DNA of 64,000 nt from Lobosporangium transversale. Its lineage: Eukaryota. Position numbers and translations under genes: made by a program. The stretch covers positions 310,001 to 374,000 of the forward strand of contig NW_019029016.1 in NCBI RefSeq assembly GCF_002105155.1, written 5' to 3'. The notes under the pieces are model-generated. The model made no database searches, was not told where the DNA came from, and worked only from the letters and a program-made list of their open reading frames with translations. Below, piece by piece: positions 36,260 to 48,109 of the stretch; within the stretch, counting starts at the first letter, position 1; each line of letters starts with the position of its first letter.

Positions 36260-37426
36260 ATGGACTTTAAAACAGAAGCTGGCATCCTGCAGTATCTGCA
36301 GTCTCATGACGAGACGCGGAGCATTGTCGCAGTCAGGAAACTGTCTGGTGGAAATGCCAACTATGTCTACCGCGGCACTATCACCGAACCCTGTATAGAT
36401 CTGTTTGGCGGTCGATCCACGGTCGTCATTAAGCATGCAGCTGATCATTCAGCTACATCCAGGGAGATGGCACTCTATGTCGACCGAATGGCTTTTGAGC
36501 GGACCATCCTTGGTATTGTGGCCGATGCCAATAACAATAAGAACAGCAACAAGGAAGATGAAAACATTGAAACGGTTATTGTCAAGGTGCCACGCGTGCT
36601 CTACTGGGACCACAAGAGCAATATTGTGATCCAGGAAGATGCTGGTATGAAATCGACGCACCTCAAGGAGTTCATCTCGTCTCTCGCCCAGCCACCGAGC
36701 CCGAGGCTGACTAAGGAGATTGGCAGTTCGCTCGGCGAATTCATTGCGCGTCTGCATCTCTATGGCTTTCGCCATCGATCGGAGCTTTACCCGAACAAGA
36801 TGGCCAATACTGAGGCTCTGGGCCTGTCGCGTCTGATTCTTTATGATCAGTTCCCAAAGGCGGCGAGCAAGTACATGGAGGATCAGCCGCAGTTTGACCG
36901 GGATGTGATTGACCTGGCGTCCAAGTGGGGTGGTGACCGACTGATGAACGAGCCCGAAACACTTGCCCATGGTGATTTCTGGCCAGGTAACTTCCTCATT
37001 GATATCGCACCAGGAGAAGGAAATGAGATCACAATCAAGCATATGTTCATTGTGGACTGGGAGATGAGCCGGTATGCACCTGCAGCAATGGACCTTGGTC
37101 AATTCATAGCTGAGGCCTTTTCGCTCAACAAGTACCGCCATCCATGTGAAGAGCTAATGACCTCCTTCCTTGAGGCATATTGCAGGATGTATGGCGATCG
37201 GCTGACAACCACGGATCTCAAGACCGCTGTCATTCACTGCGGCGGCCATCTGATGGCGTGGACACCCTATACAGGCTGGTTTAAAGAAGATGAAGGCCAC
37301 GACGCCAAGGCGAAAGAAATCACACTGATCGGCGCCGAGTTCATCAAACGTGCCTGGATTGAGGACTGGGCTTGGGTCCGCCAGGAAACTGCCTTCCGCG
37401 TCATGGTCGACCATTTGAAGCTTTGA
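36260..37426 (+). CDS. Intronless APH/choline-kinase-fold phosphotransferase (PsiK / methylthioribose-kinase-like), 388 aa
   Basis: LSGGNANYVYR, VVIKHA, HGDFWPGN, IVDWEM, DLGQF; intact frame; second ATG (MDFKTEAG) preferred. Confidence 0.9.
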   Translation: MDFKTEAGILQYLQSHDETRSIVAVRKLSGGNANYVYRGTITEPCIDLFGGRSTVVIKHAADHSATSREMALYVDRMAFERTILGIVADANNNKNSNKEDENIETVIVKVPRVLYWDHKSNIVIQEDAGMKSTHLKEFISSLAQPPSPRLTKEIGSSLGEFIARLHLYGFRHRSELYPNKMANTEALGLSRLILYDQFPKAASKYMEDQPQFDRDVIDLASKWGGDRLMNEPETLAHGDFWPGNFLIDIAPGEGNEITIKHMFIVDWEMSRYAPAAMDLGQFIAEAFSLNKYRHPCEELMTSFLEAYCRMYGDRLTTTDLKTAVIHCGGHLMAWTPYTGWFKEDEGHDAKAKEITLIGAEFIKRAWIEDWAWVRQETAFRVMVDHLKL

Positions 37427-38600
37427 TCGAATCCAAGCTGTAGAACTATAAAGCTATGTTTTACAGTTGGTACAAAAAGGTTCTCAATGAGCTTTATTTA
37501 TTATTTTTGCTCCAGGAACAGTATAAAAAAGGATGAAAGTGATTTCTTTATTTTAGGTCAGGTTCAAGTTATTATTTTTCCTCACTAATAGCACCGCAAT
37601 AACAGATAAAAATATCTCCAATTTAACAGCGCCAACAGTAAACAATGACCCACTCTTGAGTGATAATGTGAATCCTATTTTTTTTATTTTCGATGTTTGA
37701 GATGCTCAGGTGCAGAAACAACCCAAGGGCTCACCTCTGGATGCGCTGATTTCAAGCGTGTATGGGATAACTGGAGCTGAGGGACTGAAGATCGTAGGGA
37801 GCTTTATTAGGAATAGCTGAAATACAATTGATGAGAAGCTATTTCTCTTGTGTATCAATGTATAGAATAACAAATCGGAGATAACTAATTTTGAGACATG
37901 GTGTTCCTTGCCACCGCCCTATTTCTTTCTGAAATAATGCTTGCAGGCATGTTGGCAAGTTTGCTAAAGCATTTTTCAGTTTTAAAGACATTGATAATTT
38001 CTTGTGATGCTTGTGCTACATCAGTTTTCTTGTTCTCCATTGGCCTATCGCTATCTTCGAGACCCGTGTTGCAACATTTATAATAATAAAAAAGAAAAAG
38101 AATAAATAAAGAGAGTAAAAGTTAAAAAATAAATGGAAAACGAGAGTAAAGGGCAAAGGTGGAGATCTTGCAGAATGGCTCTGAGAGATCCAGGGTGTGG
38201 TAGTTCAGTATGCTTTTACGTAAATGATCACAGTCACACATCTCTTTTTCTTTATGTTTGCCAATTAAAAGGTTATTTTCTGTGCGCCACCCATTTGCCT
38301 TTTGAGTGTCTTACATTCTGCTTTTAGTGCCTTTCAATTTAGTATCGTTAAAGAGAAGAGTAGAAAAGTAGCCAAAGCTATCGTGTTGTTTTGGATGGAA
38401 AGGATTGAAGCAGGGGATAAAAAGTATTGGAGTGGCTTACACATTTGCCTTCATAAGTGCAGCGAGTGAAATCGTTAATATCACTTTTCTTCAAACAAAA
38501 ACACCTGCATTCTCACTCACGACATTCCAATAAATCTCATCCTCTGTTGCTTTTATTTTATTTTATTTTTTTTTCCTACATTTTAGCATTCAATCACCAA

Positions 38601-40231
38601 ATGTCAGACGAAATTTCGCTCACCTGATTCTCGATGGAGTTGTCGCATTCTCAGTGGACATCAATCCTCAGAAAACTATCAGCCATCTCAAGGAAGCCAT
38701 CAGGATAGCTTGTGGGCCTGATCTTGATCATCTTTCCGCTAAAAACCTCATCTCCATAAGGTTTCGGTTCGCGATGAAGGCGTTACAGTCAATCTCGGCA
38801 ATGTTGAATCAAAGGAGCCACTCATCAAAGCAACAAGCAAGATCAACATATTTGGTACATCACTTCTGCCTAAGGAAACTATCTACGTCTGTTCAGCGGC
38901 CATCGACAGGAAAAGGATTGGCTGTTTGTTCTCTCTGTTCTAGTATTTTGTGTATGGCGTCATTGTTGCGACTTCCGTGGACTGATGGTTTCGGCTTTAC
39001 TTTTTTAATGATTATAACGATGACACTGTTTTTTTTTGAAATTGATTACGCTTCATTAACCAGTATTATTTTTATCCTATTGAGATGTTTTCTAGTGTTC
39101 CAAGGAGATCAAAATTATTTTTATTGCTGTTGCCAGGCAAGATCCTTTTATTAAGAACCCGCCATGGCCGTCACACAATGTTCTGACCTTATGAATAAAA
39201 ATGGAAGTGCCCCTGAGGTGCACTCCCAAGCCTCGATACGTAACACCTATTCCTATAGGCACAGTTGCTGGCCTTTCGACATTGCCAACAGGTATCCATA
39301 TTTAAATTGGGTTGATCACTGAGGCATCTTTCATAGAGGTATTTGACCAGAAAACATTCTAATTAGGCGAGATGGTCAAGTCAGATGTTTTTCAATTATT
39401 AATTTTGGATTCTTTTCACGTGAGAATAGACTTCAGTATGGGAAAGAAAGATTAAACCATCTGTTTAATGAGATGACCTAAAGTATGGTTAAAGGTGAGT
39501 GCTTTATGCCCTCCGCCTCCAGAGGATCCATGCAAAATATACAAGCAGCAACTGATCCACATTCCATGCGAGGCAAAAACAAAGATCGAGTGGCTCCCAC
39601 TGCCATCAGCATCCATTACACCGCAGAGGCTACGGCATCGTTCGTAAATATGATGAAAGTGGCATCAGAGATGGAATCCAAGATGTTGTTAGTTGGTATG
39701 GATGCCCGACCGTCTGTCTTGGAGCTCCATGACTCATTTAATAACCTTAGTCGTACTGCACACAACAGAAAGAAAATCCTAAATAGCATTAAGAAACCAG
39801 CATTCGACCGAGATTATAAGATGATTGGACCCACCAGCTTGCTGGAAGGTGAAGCTCTCATATTATAATTCAGGCAGAGTTCATGAAGGAGATGCTTCAA
39901 AACATGGATAGTTGTATGCAGACCGACTCTATTGAATCATTTGTCCATGATGAAAATTTCCCGAATATCAGTATTATGTTCAGAGGCGCGTCCAATTTTG
40001 TAGCCAACAGGACGGTATCAGCGGCAAGCTAAAAGAATAGTAGTCAATGTCCCAAGCAACATCAAGAAAGGGAGTGTTACAAGGTCCTACCACTTTCTCC
40101 GAACTTGCCTCACCAAGCTATCTCAAGGGCAGTACGACGAAGCCGTGCGGCAACTGAGAGTACGAATAACACGAGCACAGCATCTGCAAAGAGTAGAATT
40201 AATTAGAGAAAAATATATAGGAATCATCTAG
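38601..40231 (+). pseudogene. Second Crinkler (CRN) family gene, degenerate
   Basis: AFSVDINPQKTISHLKEAI...LDHLSAKNL and KATSKINIFGTSLLPKETIYV..QRPS parallel CRN1; frameshifted. Confidence 0.75.
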
Positions 40232-40313
40232 GATTTGTGCGGACGCGTTTTCAGCATCGATGTTTCTTTATTTGTGAATGCTTAGAATCAGCGCATGCTT
40301 GGAAAAAAAATAG

Positions 40314-40673
40314 CATTTTTGTTATTTAGGTACGCAGTACGAGTATGTCATATTAGACACCTGATACTAAAATCAATACCATCGTAAAAAATCAATCAAC
40401 AAAAAAAAAAATCAGCAAACATCATATATCAAACTATATCATCACGATGCACCATGTCCACCATTTACTTGCCTCCACTCTTTTAGTGCATCAAGTAGCA
40501 TTTACCATTTTTCATTTTTTATTCCCTACCTAAAAAAAGCAAAATACCTTTCCGGCCCCTTTTTTGCTAGAGGTATGTTACCGAATCTATACAGATATAA
40601 AAAGATCGTATTGATTTTAGTATCAAGTGTCCAGTATGGCATACTAGTACTGCGTATCAAAGTAACAAAAATG
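40314..40673. repeat. 66-bp inverted repeat pair (40314-40379 and 40608-40673), MITE-like; related motifs at 41060-41150
   Basis: catttttgtta...tacgcagtac.agtatg.cata...gatactaaaatcaatac and its reverse complement. Confidence 0.75.
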
Positions 40674-41224
40674 GTATCAATGAAAGATTTTAGTATCACT
40701 TTCCATGGGCATTGTGCGGATCAGTTTTTGTGTTAGTATCACCTGCATCTTTGTTTATGAATGTCTAGTATCACTTCTATGTGCTCTCAACAAAAAAAAA
40801 TGGGCGCTAGGGGCGGGGATGGAAATAATACTAATATGCGTTTACGGGATTCATCTCTACAACACTCCCAAAGTGCCTGGGTGCTCCATATACGTATATC
40901 CGCGTTCTCAGGAACCATAGAAACCAAATGGTCTATACGACAGATTTTGTGACGAGGAATGGGGTTTGGACACTTTGTAATTGTGAAAGGGGGATTGTAT
41001 AATAGTTGGCCACCTTTCCCGTGACATGCCTCCAAAGAATGGCAAAAAAATCGGTATGCACTGAAGTAAATACTAAAATCTGCAACTTTAGTACTCAACT
41101 AGTATAAGTACTAGTATGTCATACCAGTTCTGAAATACTAAAATCTGTACACTCTTTTTTTTAGTATGTCACAGCAGGTCAGTTGTTGTTGTCCTTTGTT
41201 TCTAATGTTTTATTATTTTGGAAA

Positions 41225-42342
41225 TGGTAGGGTGCTTTAAAAACTATCATCGATGGCAAGGCCTTTACTTTCCTGCAAACACAGGATAGCAGTATCTGAA
41301 ATCATTGTGTGAAGTGCCCAATATGCAAAAGAATAATTTCTAGACAGCATGCAAATGCTCACTATAAAACACAACACAGTCTAAAGAAAGAGAAACAAGG
41401 AGCAAGAAGAGACCATCAAAAGATGTTAACGAAGTTAACTCTAAAGCATGGGATGATCTTTGGGGTTCCCTACCCCATTGCAACCACTCATTAAAGACAT
41501 CCTTGAAAAGTCACCATTCATTGACTCTTTATCAACACGCCATTACATCGAGCTGTCAGAGACGGCAGCCAAATTGCTGAACCTGCATTGTATCCGCAGC
41601 GACGGCAGATCTCGAGTCACATTCGCTCTGGTGCGATCATGTTTTACACTGATCAAAGTGGCCAAAGCTGTGTCTTAATCAACGAAATTGAATCCCATGG
41701 CCGGTCTAGGATGATTAGTTGTCATTCGGGACAAACAGCAACAGTGAAGGGTGTGCCAAAGAACTCATCGCTTCCAGGAACAGTCCGAAAAGACAAATAC
41801 AAAGGCATCCATTCAGTTGCCCTGCAAGAAAAAGATGGCAAGCAGTTCATCAATGGCACTTTCACGTGCCACATCCTGGTACAAGCTGTGTTCGTCTTGA
41901 TCCAGGAAAAAAAACAGCTGTTTCTGTGGACACTTATGATCTCTCCAGGTGTTCTGGACCAGTCACTGACTCAGTTTTGTACCGTCCTTTGACCGCCTTC
42001 ACTTTTGCCAACTCGGGCAGTGGTCAAGGAGCGGCATTTGCAGCAGGTTTCATCTTTAACAAAATTGGTGAGGCTGTCATTCTTCATCAGGAGGATGCTG
42101 TTCTTACTCGAGAAGATGTTGAACATTTTCACAATCTTGCAGGTTCCAGTACGGAGTTCAATCTCCCACTTTCCGAAATTCTGAAGATCTTCCTGGAAGA
42201 CCAAAACGAGATCAACGTGATCGGAAATACCTTTCTTAATTCACAACTCCAAAAGCTGGTAAAAGCTCTTGCAAGACGAATTTCGATTGCAAATAGAAAT
42301 ATCGCAAAGGCATTCCATAATTTATTCACATTTTCAAAGTGA
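41225..42342 (+). pseudogene. Unknown gene with N-terminal C2H2-like zinc finger, frameshifted
   Basis: CPICKRIISRQHANAHYKTQH followed by overlapping protein-like ORFs in shifting frames. Confidence 0.5.
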
Positions 42343-42511
42343 ACAAAAAAAAAAAAAAAAAATTGTTTGTCGTGACGCGTCCGTCCATTTGTCTCTTCAT
42401 CCAGCTCATTATTTATTATTATTTTTTTTTTTTAAAATCATGTGGAGAAGAAAAGAACAAGTCTAGCTCTTATTTATCGACTGAACCCCTTAAACTTCTA
42501 CCCTAAATAGT

Positions 42512-43055
42512 GGGCTTAATCTCAGCTGATCGTAGCAACAAGGCCACTCTACAGCTTACAATACCCCGTTCAATTAAAGTCGTCTACAATGCATTTATCT
42601 CCAATATTTGAAATTAATATTAGCAGGTACCACACAAGACCATGATTCAGGAACCGAAGCTCTATTCGTATTCAACTAATTATCGGAGAAGGCGGTAATC
42701 GCCGCGTTCTAGCGCGGATTCTGACTTAGAGGCGTTCAGCCATAATCCAACGGGTGATAGCTTCGGGCCATTGCCTGTTCAGGCAGGCCCAAATACCAAT
42801 TATCCGAATGGACGGTTCCTCTCGTGCAAAGTTCAATTACTGTTGCAACAGCATTTCATCAGTAGGGTAAACTAACCTGTCTCACAACGGTCAAAACCCA
42901 GCTCACGTTCGGTGAATAGTCTAACGCTTCCTGAATTCTGCTTCAGTATGATAGGAAGAGCCGACATCGAAGGACCAAAAAGCAACGTCGCTCGCTATGA
43001 TCGCCTGGCTGTCACAGGACAGTTATTATACCCTATGATAAATTTTATTGCACCT
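42512..43055 (-). rRNA. Degenerate 3' fragment of nuclear LSU (25S/28S) rDNA
   Basis: Reverse-complement LSU landmarks: ataggaagagccgacatcgaagga, catcagtagggtaaactaacctgtctcac, ggattctgacttagaggcgttcag, ggcttaatctcag; substitutions and deletions. Confidence 0.93.
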
Positions 43056-43199
43056 TTTCCCCGAGATGGGTTTACAGGCACAAATATGATATTACATGCT
43101 ACGTGATAATTTTTACTCTTTTGACAAGCTTCTCTTTTGACAAGAAAAGAGCAAATTTCACTTTATATTTAGCTCATGTAAATTAAACTTAGAATAGAA

Positions 43200-44197
43200 A
43201 TGCTGGTAAAATGGCCATTTTTAACAAAAATTTGGCCGTCATTCTTTTTTTTTTTTTTTTTTTTTTTTTTTTCGTTGTAGAATCTGGTCCATCATTGATG
43301 TGATTTGTCAATATTTCGTGCATACGAAGATCTTTGCGTTGTACATGTACCTTGATGCTACTAAAGACCCATTCGGTCGCATTGGGGTAAGAGGTATAGG
43401 GATGCAATCGCAAGTAAACATGCCTATTACCATTCAAAGTGTCGTTTATCCCTTGTAGTTTATGGAAAGAGACATTATCCATGATGGTAATTCCCGCGGT
43501 TCAAAGAGCAGAGATAAGTTTTTCGGCCAAAAAAAGCTTGGAAAACTTGAGCATTGAAGAGAACTAAACGCACTTCTGAAGCGGTAATGCCTTTGTAGCC
43601 AACAGCAACTACAACAGAAACATTCTATCCTCGTTAGGAAGGGCAAGTTTTTAATGCCTTTTTTTCTCGAGTGCTCGACTAAATTTATGCGTAGGATCCA
43701 AGTTGAAACCCGTTTTATCTACGAACACGGCCTTCTTTAGGCTCCACTTATAACCAAATCATTCGTCCATTGGACGCGAGCAGCAGTTCTCTCTGGACTG
43801 TTGTAACCTTCTGGCTAACAGTGCGTGAGCTTGAGTGTGTAATCCACTTGTTTATGAATAGCTCTGGAAACAAATGAAATGGACAAAGGAGGGTCGAAGC
43901 AAAGTACCTATTAAGTCATTAAGGGATTGATGAAGACTAGCGATAGAAAGGTTAGGACCTTCATTAAGCTTAGCTTGTAACCATGCTATATGTCCTTGTT
44001 GAAGGACTGTATGGCGGTTACCACCTCTTTTTTCTACTCTCTCCTCCTCTTCAAAAACCCTTACAATGTTTCTCACAGTGGAATGTAAGTCAAAGCGACG
44101 AACAGTCTTTGCAGGAGTCAATCCTTCATCAAAGATGGAACTGGCATTTTTTGACGAAGATCGGAATCAATGCGTTAATAGCTTTTGAACGTGGCAT
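43200..44197 (-). pseudogene. Decayed IS630/Tc1-like transposase
   Basis: HTH STVRNIV, RGGNR, VFVDKTGFNL, MDNVSFH, HPYTSYPNATEWVFS. Confidence 0.8.
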
Positions 44198-45066
44198 GGT
44201 GTAGTGTTGAGTCAAAAAGAAAAAGAAAAAATCTGTAAAGGCGAGACAAACGGAGTATGCCATGTATAAATCGGCTTTCTTGATTTACTTGTTGCAACAA
44301 GTCAATTTAACTGATCAATATTAAAATCTACACTATTTTTCATGTCTTGTAATGTTGCGACCTAACTTGCACTTATTCTGGCAGCCACATCCGTCAATTT
44401 TCCCTCTCTTTCAATCCAGGCTCTCCATGTGTCAAGTGAACCGCTGACAAAAAACTCTGCTTCCAGTGTATAAGAAATGATCCATCGCTCAGTTGCCTGG
44501 TATCATGATGCTACTCAACGTAACCATGAGTTTGCTTTGAAACCAGATAACTACACTGAATTCAAGATTTGTTAACAGAAGACTAGTGAGAGTGAGCTTC
44601 AACATCCAGTAGTGTTTTCTGTAGTGACAACGAGAAGTGCTCACCTCTTGAGTCAAGCAACACCACTCAAGCAGCAAATGTGTAGAAGCACTAGTCGGGT
44701 TTATTCTTTTCATCCCTTTTTAATGAACAGAAGTCCACTTTTTAATAAACCTCTCTTTCGTTCTCGTTTATCCCAGAGTGTTTAGCCACGATCCATAGTC
44801 CGTCTCCACACATATGTTCCCATAATTTACAGTTCTCAAGAGGCAAAAGAAAGGCACATCTTCTTGTCTTTCTTTCATGATTCAATAAACTGAAGTATAT
44901 CCCGCTCAAGGATAGGCATCTTCAGACTACAAAGCAGAAAGATACAAGAAGCTTATGAGAGAAAAGTATGGATGGACGGTCTGTTGGGAATAGTGGCAAT
45001 GCTGCATGTGGTATAGTCTATTACTGTCAAATAAAAAAAAGAAAAAAAAATATGACAAAATATCCA

Positions 45067-47323
45067 TCATGAGGTGGCAGCAAAAGGCCAATCCTTGTAG
45101 GTTTCTACACCTTGGAGCAGAGATTGGCTCTCGGATGTGGGCTCGCCCCATTGTGCGATGTTGTCGATTGAATGTCTGCCATACGCAGTCAAAGGTCCTG
45201 CAATGTTTCGCTGCTGAATCTCCGCGCAATCATTCCACCCGCCAATGCGACAGATCTGCCCCTTGCGGACATACTCCATGAAACTGCGGTAGGCTGCCAT
45301 GTCATCACTTGGTTGACGACCTCCTGCTGCCGCTTCTTGCCGCTCGCGCATCCAGTCGTTCTGCCGGTTCTCGATAAACTGGACCAGGCGGGGTACATCA
45401 AGATAGCGAGGCATGGCCTTCCAGTAAAGCTCCCAGAATCCGAAGGTACTCTCTCCATACTTGTTATATAGTGTAGTTGAGGCCTCAGGACCTAATAGCT
45501 CTTCAAACTCCTTTTCTGCAAGAGCTTTAGCCTCTGGATGTGATTTCACATAGGCTCGATGCGATTGTATCATCTTCCCTATCTGGCCCTGCGACATGCT
45601 CTTCTTTTCCTTGTCTGACTTGACCATTGATGGGGGGAGACCCAAAACGAGCTGGGAATGTTTCAAATATCTTTCAGCAAGATCTGAGTCACGGACATGT
45701 GGGCACTGTGCTTTGGTCACTTCGTCCGGATAGTTGGATGGCCCACAGACTGCAGACATGAAACGTTGTGCAAGCACTGTTGTCGTAAACTTGAACCATG
45801 ACTCGGCATAACGGGTGCTGTCAGCACTGATAATCGTGGGAATCGGATCACTGGTGGGCATGAACAACGAGGTACCAATAGCGTTACCATGAGGTGAGAC
45901 AAGCACTTGAACGTCACGTAACAGATACGCCGTCTCGGCAATACCGCATCCATGATCAAATGTCATCCACTTGACCCGAAACCCGGCTTTGACCAAGGCT
46001 TGGATAAAGGCCTCGTCATTGATGAGTCGTCTCGATCCTTCGCGTTGAATGATACCCACAACAAGCTTGCGCTCGTGTGACTCTGATGATGCTCCAGTGG
46101 TTATGTTCTTAGATCCTTGCTCGCTGTTGACGACATCCGGATGCAGTTGATCAATTTGCTTCGACTTTTCGTCTCTTTCCTGACTGTAATCCTGGCCAAC
46201 TCCATCAAAATTATAGTACCGTGCGAGATCCAGACACTGGAGTGAGTTATCCTCGGTCACTCGATGGAGTGCAAGATGGGAATCCCATCGACCTGGTGTC
46301 CCCCAGTAGTGGTCAGCAATCTCGTCTCTGAATGCCTTATAAACCTCTGCGGGGATATTGTTTTCGCAATAACTTAAGGCGCATTGTGAACCGAGACCGA
46401 TTACAGCACGCTTGAAGCAGATGGGAGCATCTGACGGTGGCAATGTCTGAAATGCTGTTGCTACTTCTTCAAGGTGTAAGACAATCTCCTTGCCAGTGTA
46501 GAAAAAGTGATCCATTTCCCATTTTCCCTGTTGTTTGATATCATCCGAACTGAATCGGGCGCCTCGGAAGAGCCAAGAGTTTTTTGTGGCTCCAAATCGC
46601 TTCATGGTGCTACGTTGTGAAATTGAATATTAGCCTTGCGAACACGTGTGCTTATTGCAAGCGACATGCGGGCCCAGATCCGAATGGACGGAATAGCGTT
46701 GCTTACGAGTAAAGAGGCATCATGCCGTTGTATAGCCAGTGACTAAAATGATACGGCGAATAAAGACCATGGACAAAGAGCGTTTCGTTGACATAGTGCG
46801 CCCGTATGAACTTTCGCCACGCTCTTTCAACCCTCGGCTGCCAGAAAACATCTGATGTTTGGTCAGAAGACATGAGGTTCACTTTGGGCATGTTCTCTGC
46901 AAAAGAGCTCGTGCTTCGAATAAAAGCGCCTAAAAGAAAAAATCAAATAGGAATAAGGAAAAAGCTAATTGATTTAATGTAATAGAGAGTGGAGCAGAGA
47001 TCAATAATACTACCTTTTCGATCGATACACAGGTTCTCAACAATGCACTGGCGAGTTCTGCGGTTCTTTTCAGTATTCTTCTCCTGCTCTGAGAGACCAT
47101 CGTCTGTGCATGTCCATGTTGTCGGTGGTACCTCAACCTCAAAAGCCTGGGTGTTGCCTCTCCAAACATTCTTTTCTCGTGGAATGTGCTCATGGAACAT
47201 GACCAGCACCGAGCCAAGTGATAGAACGGCAAGAAGTACGATGAGGATCACTCGCTGTCGCCGTCTTGGGCCCGGAAGTCGCCGTTGAATGGCCTCCACA
47301 ACGGCAATCAAGTGGTTGGTCAT
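45067..47323 (-). CDS. GT61/DUF563-like glycosyltransferase, type II membrane; exons 47323-47014, 46929-46707, 46609-45067
   Basis: N-terminal TM helix; two in-phase GT-AG introns; HFSHWLYN, ICFKRAVIG, IIQREGSRRLIN, LVSPHGNAIGTSLFM. Confidence 0.85.
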
Positions 47324-47690
47324 GATGTGAGTATAGAGCTAGAAGATTGCGTAAAGAAGGAAATTGATTTAATGCATTTCTACAGAATGGGTTAATTTAC
47401 ATGCTTGTCCAAATGAAGAATAGCAAGGTGCTTTACATGTGGATCCCCCCCGAATCGATGAAAATGATGAGTTGATGATGGGCTAAGAGGTGTGGAAGTT
47501 CATCCTACAAAAGACAAACCTTAATTAATAGTGGCTTAGGATCAAACCCTACGGTGTATTCGCCTAGTCAACAAGTTAACCGTCGCCACCACTGTGTTTT
47601 ACTTGGGGAGCCTATGTTGTAGTTACCAACAGTCTTTGTAGGGAGCATCTGGGCCTGTGAATCCAAAGGGATTATTCAAGCCCCAAAGAC

Positions 47691-48077
47691 TCACACTCCA
47701 ATTGTAACTCTGTCGAACAATTCTCTCTCTTGTTCAAGAAACTCAAGTAAGGCGCACCCGTCATTGAAGCCGTACACCATGCCATATAGCTGCTCCTCAT
47801 CCTCTACTTGCTGGCCTAATATCCCCTCTTTAACCTCCACAGGCCGTGCTTGGGCGGTACGTGGCACAGCCCGCCGAGATCGCCGTGCACGGATGATGCG
47901 TCGTACACCTGATGTGAAGCTGTCCGACAGAGAAATGATTTTCGAGTGGCTCGAATGACTATAAAGAGAACGAAAGAGCTTGGTAGGCAACTGGCCTCTT
48001 GGAGGTGCAGGCGATGGCGAACGTATGGGACGGGTGGAGGCAGACGACGACAAACGTGTGGAACGTGTGGCACGCAT

Positions 48078-48109
<32 letters not shown>

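Noticed and set aside
36107..37426. Psilocybin gene cluster, and the upstream ATG at 36107
   Set aside because: No other psi-like genes nearby; the first 51 codons look like promoter/UTR sequence.
42512..43055. Functional rRNA gene or R2 insertion site
   Set aside because: Short, mutated in conserved positions, and no non-LTR RT is adjacent.
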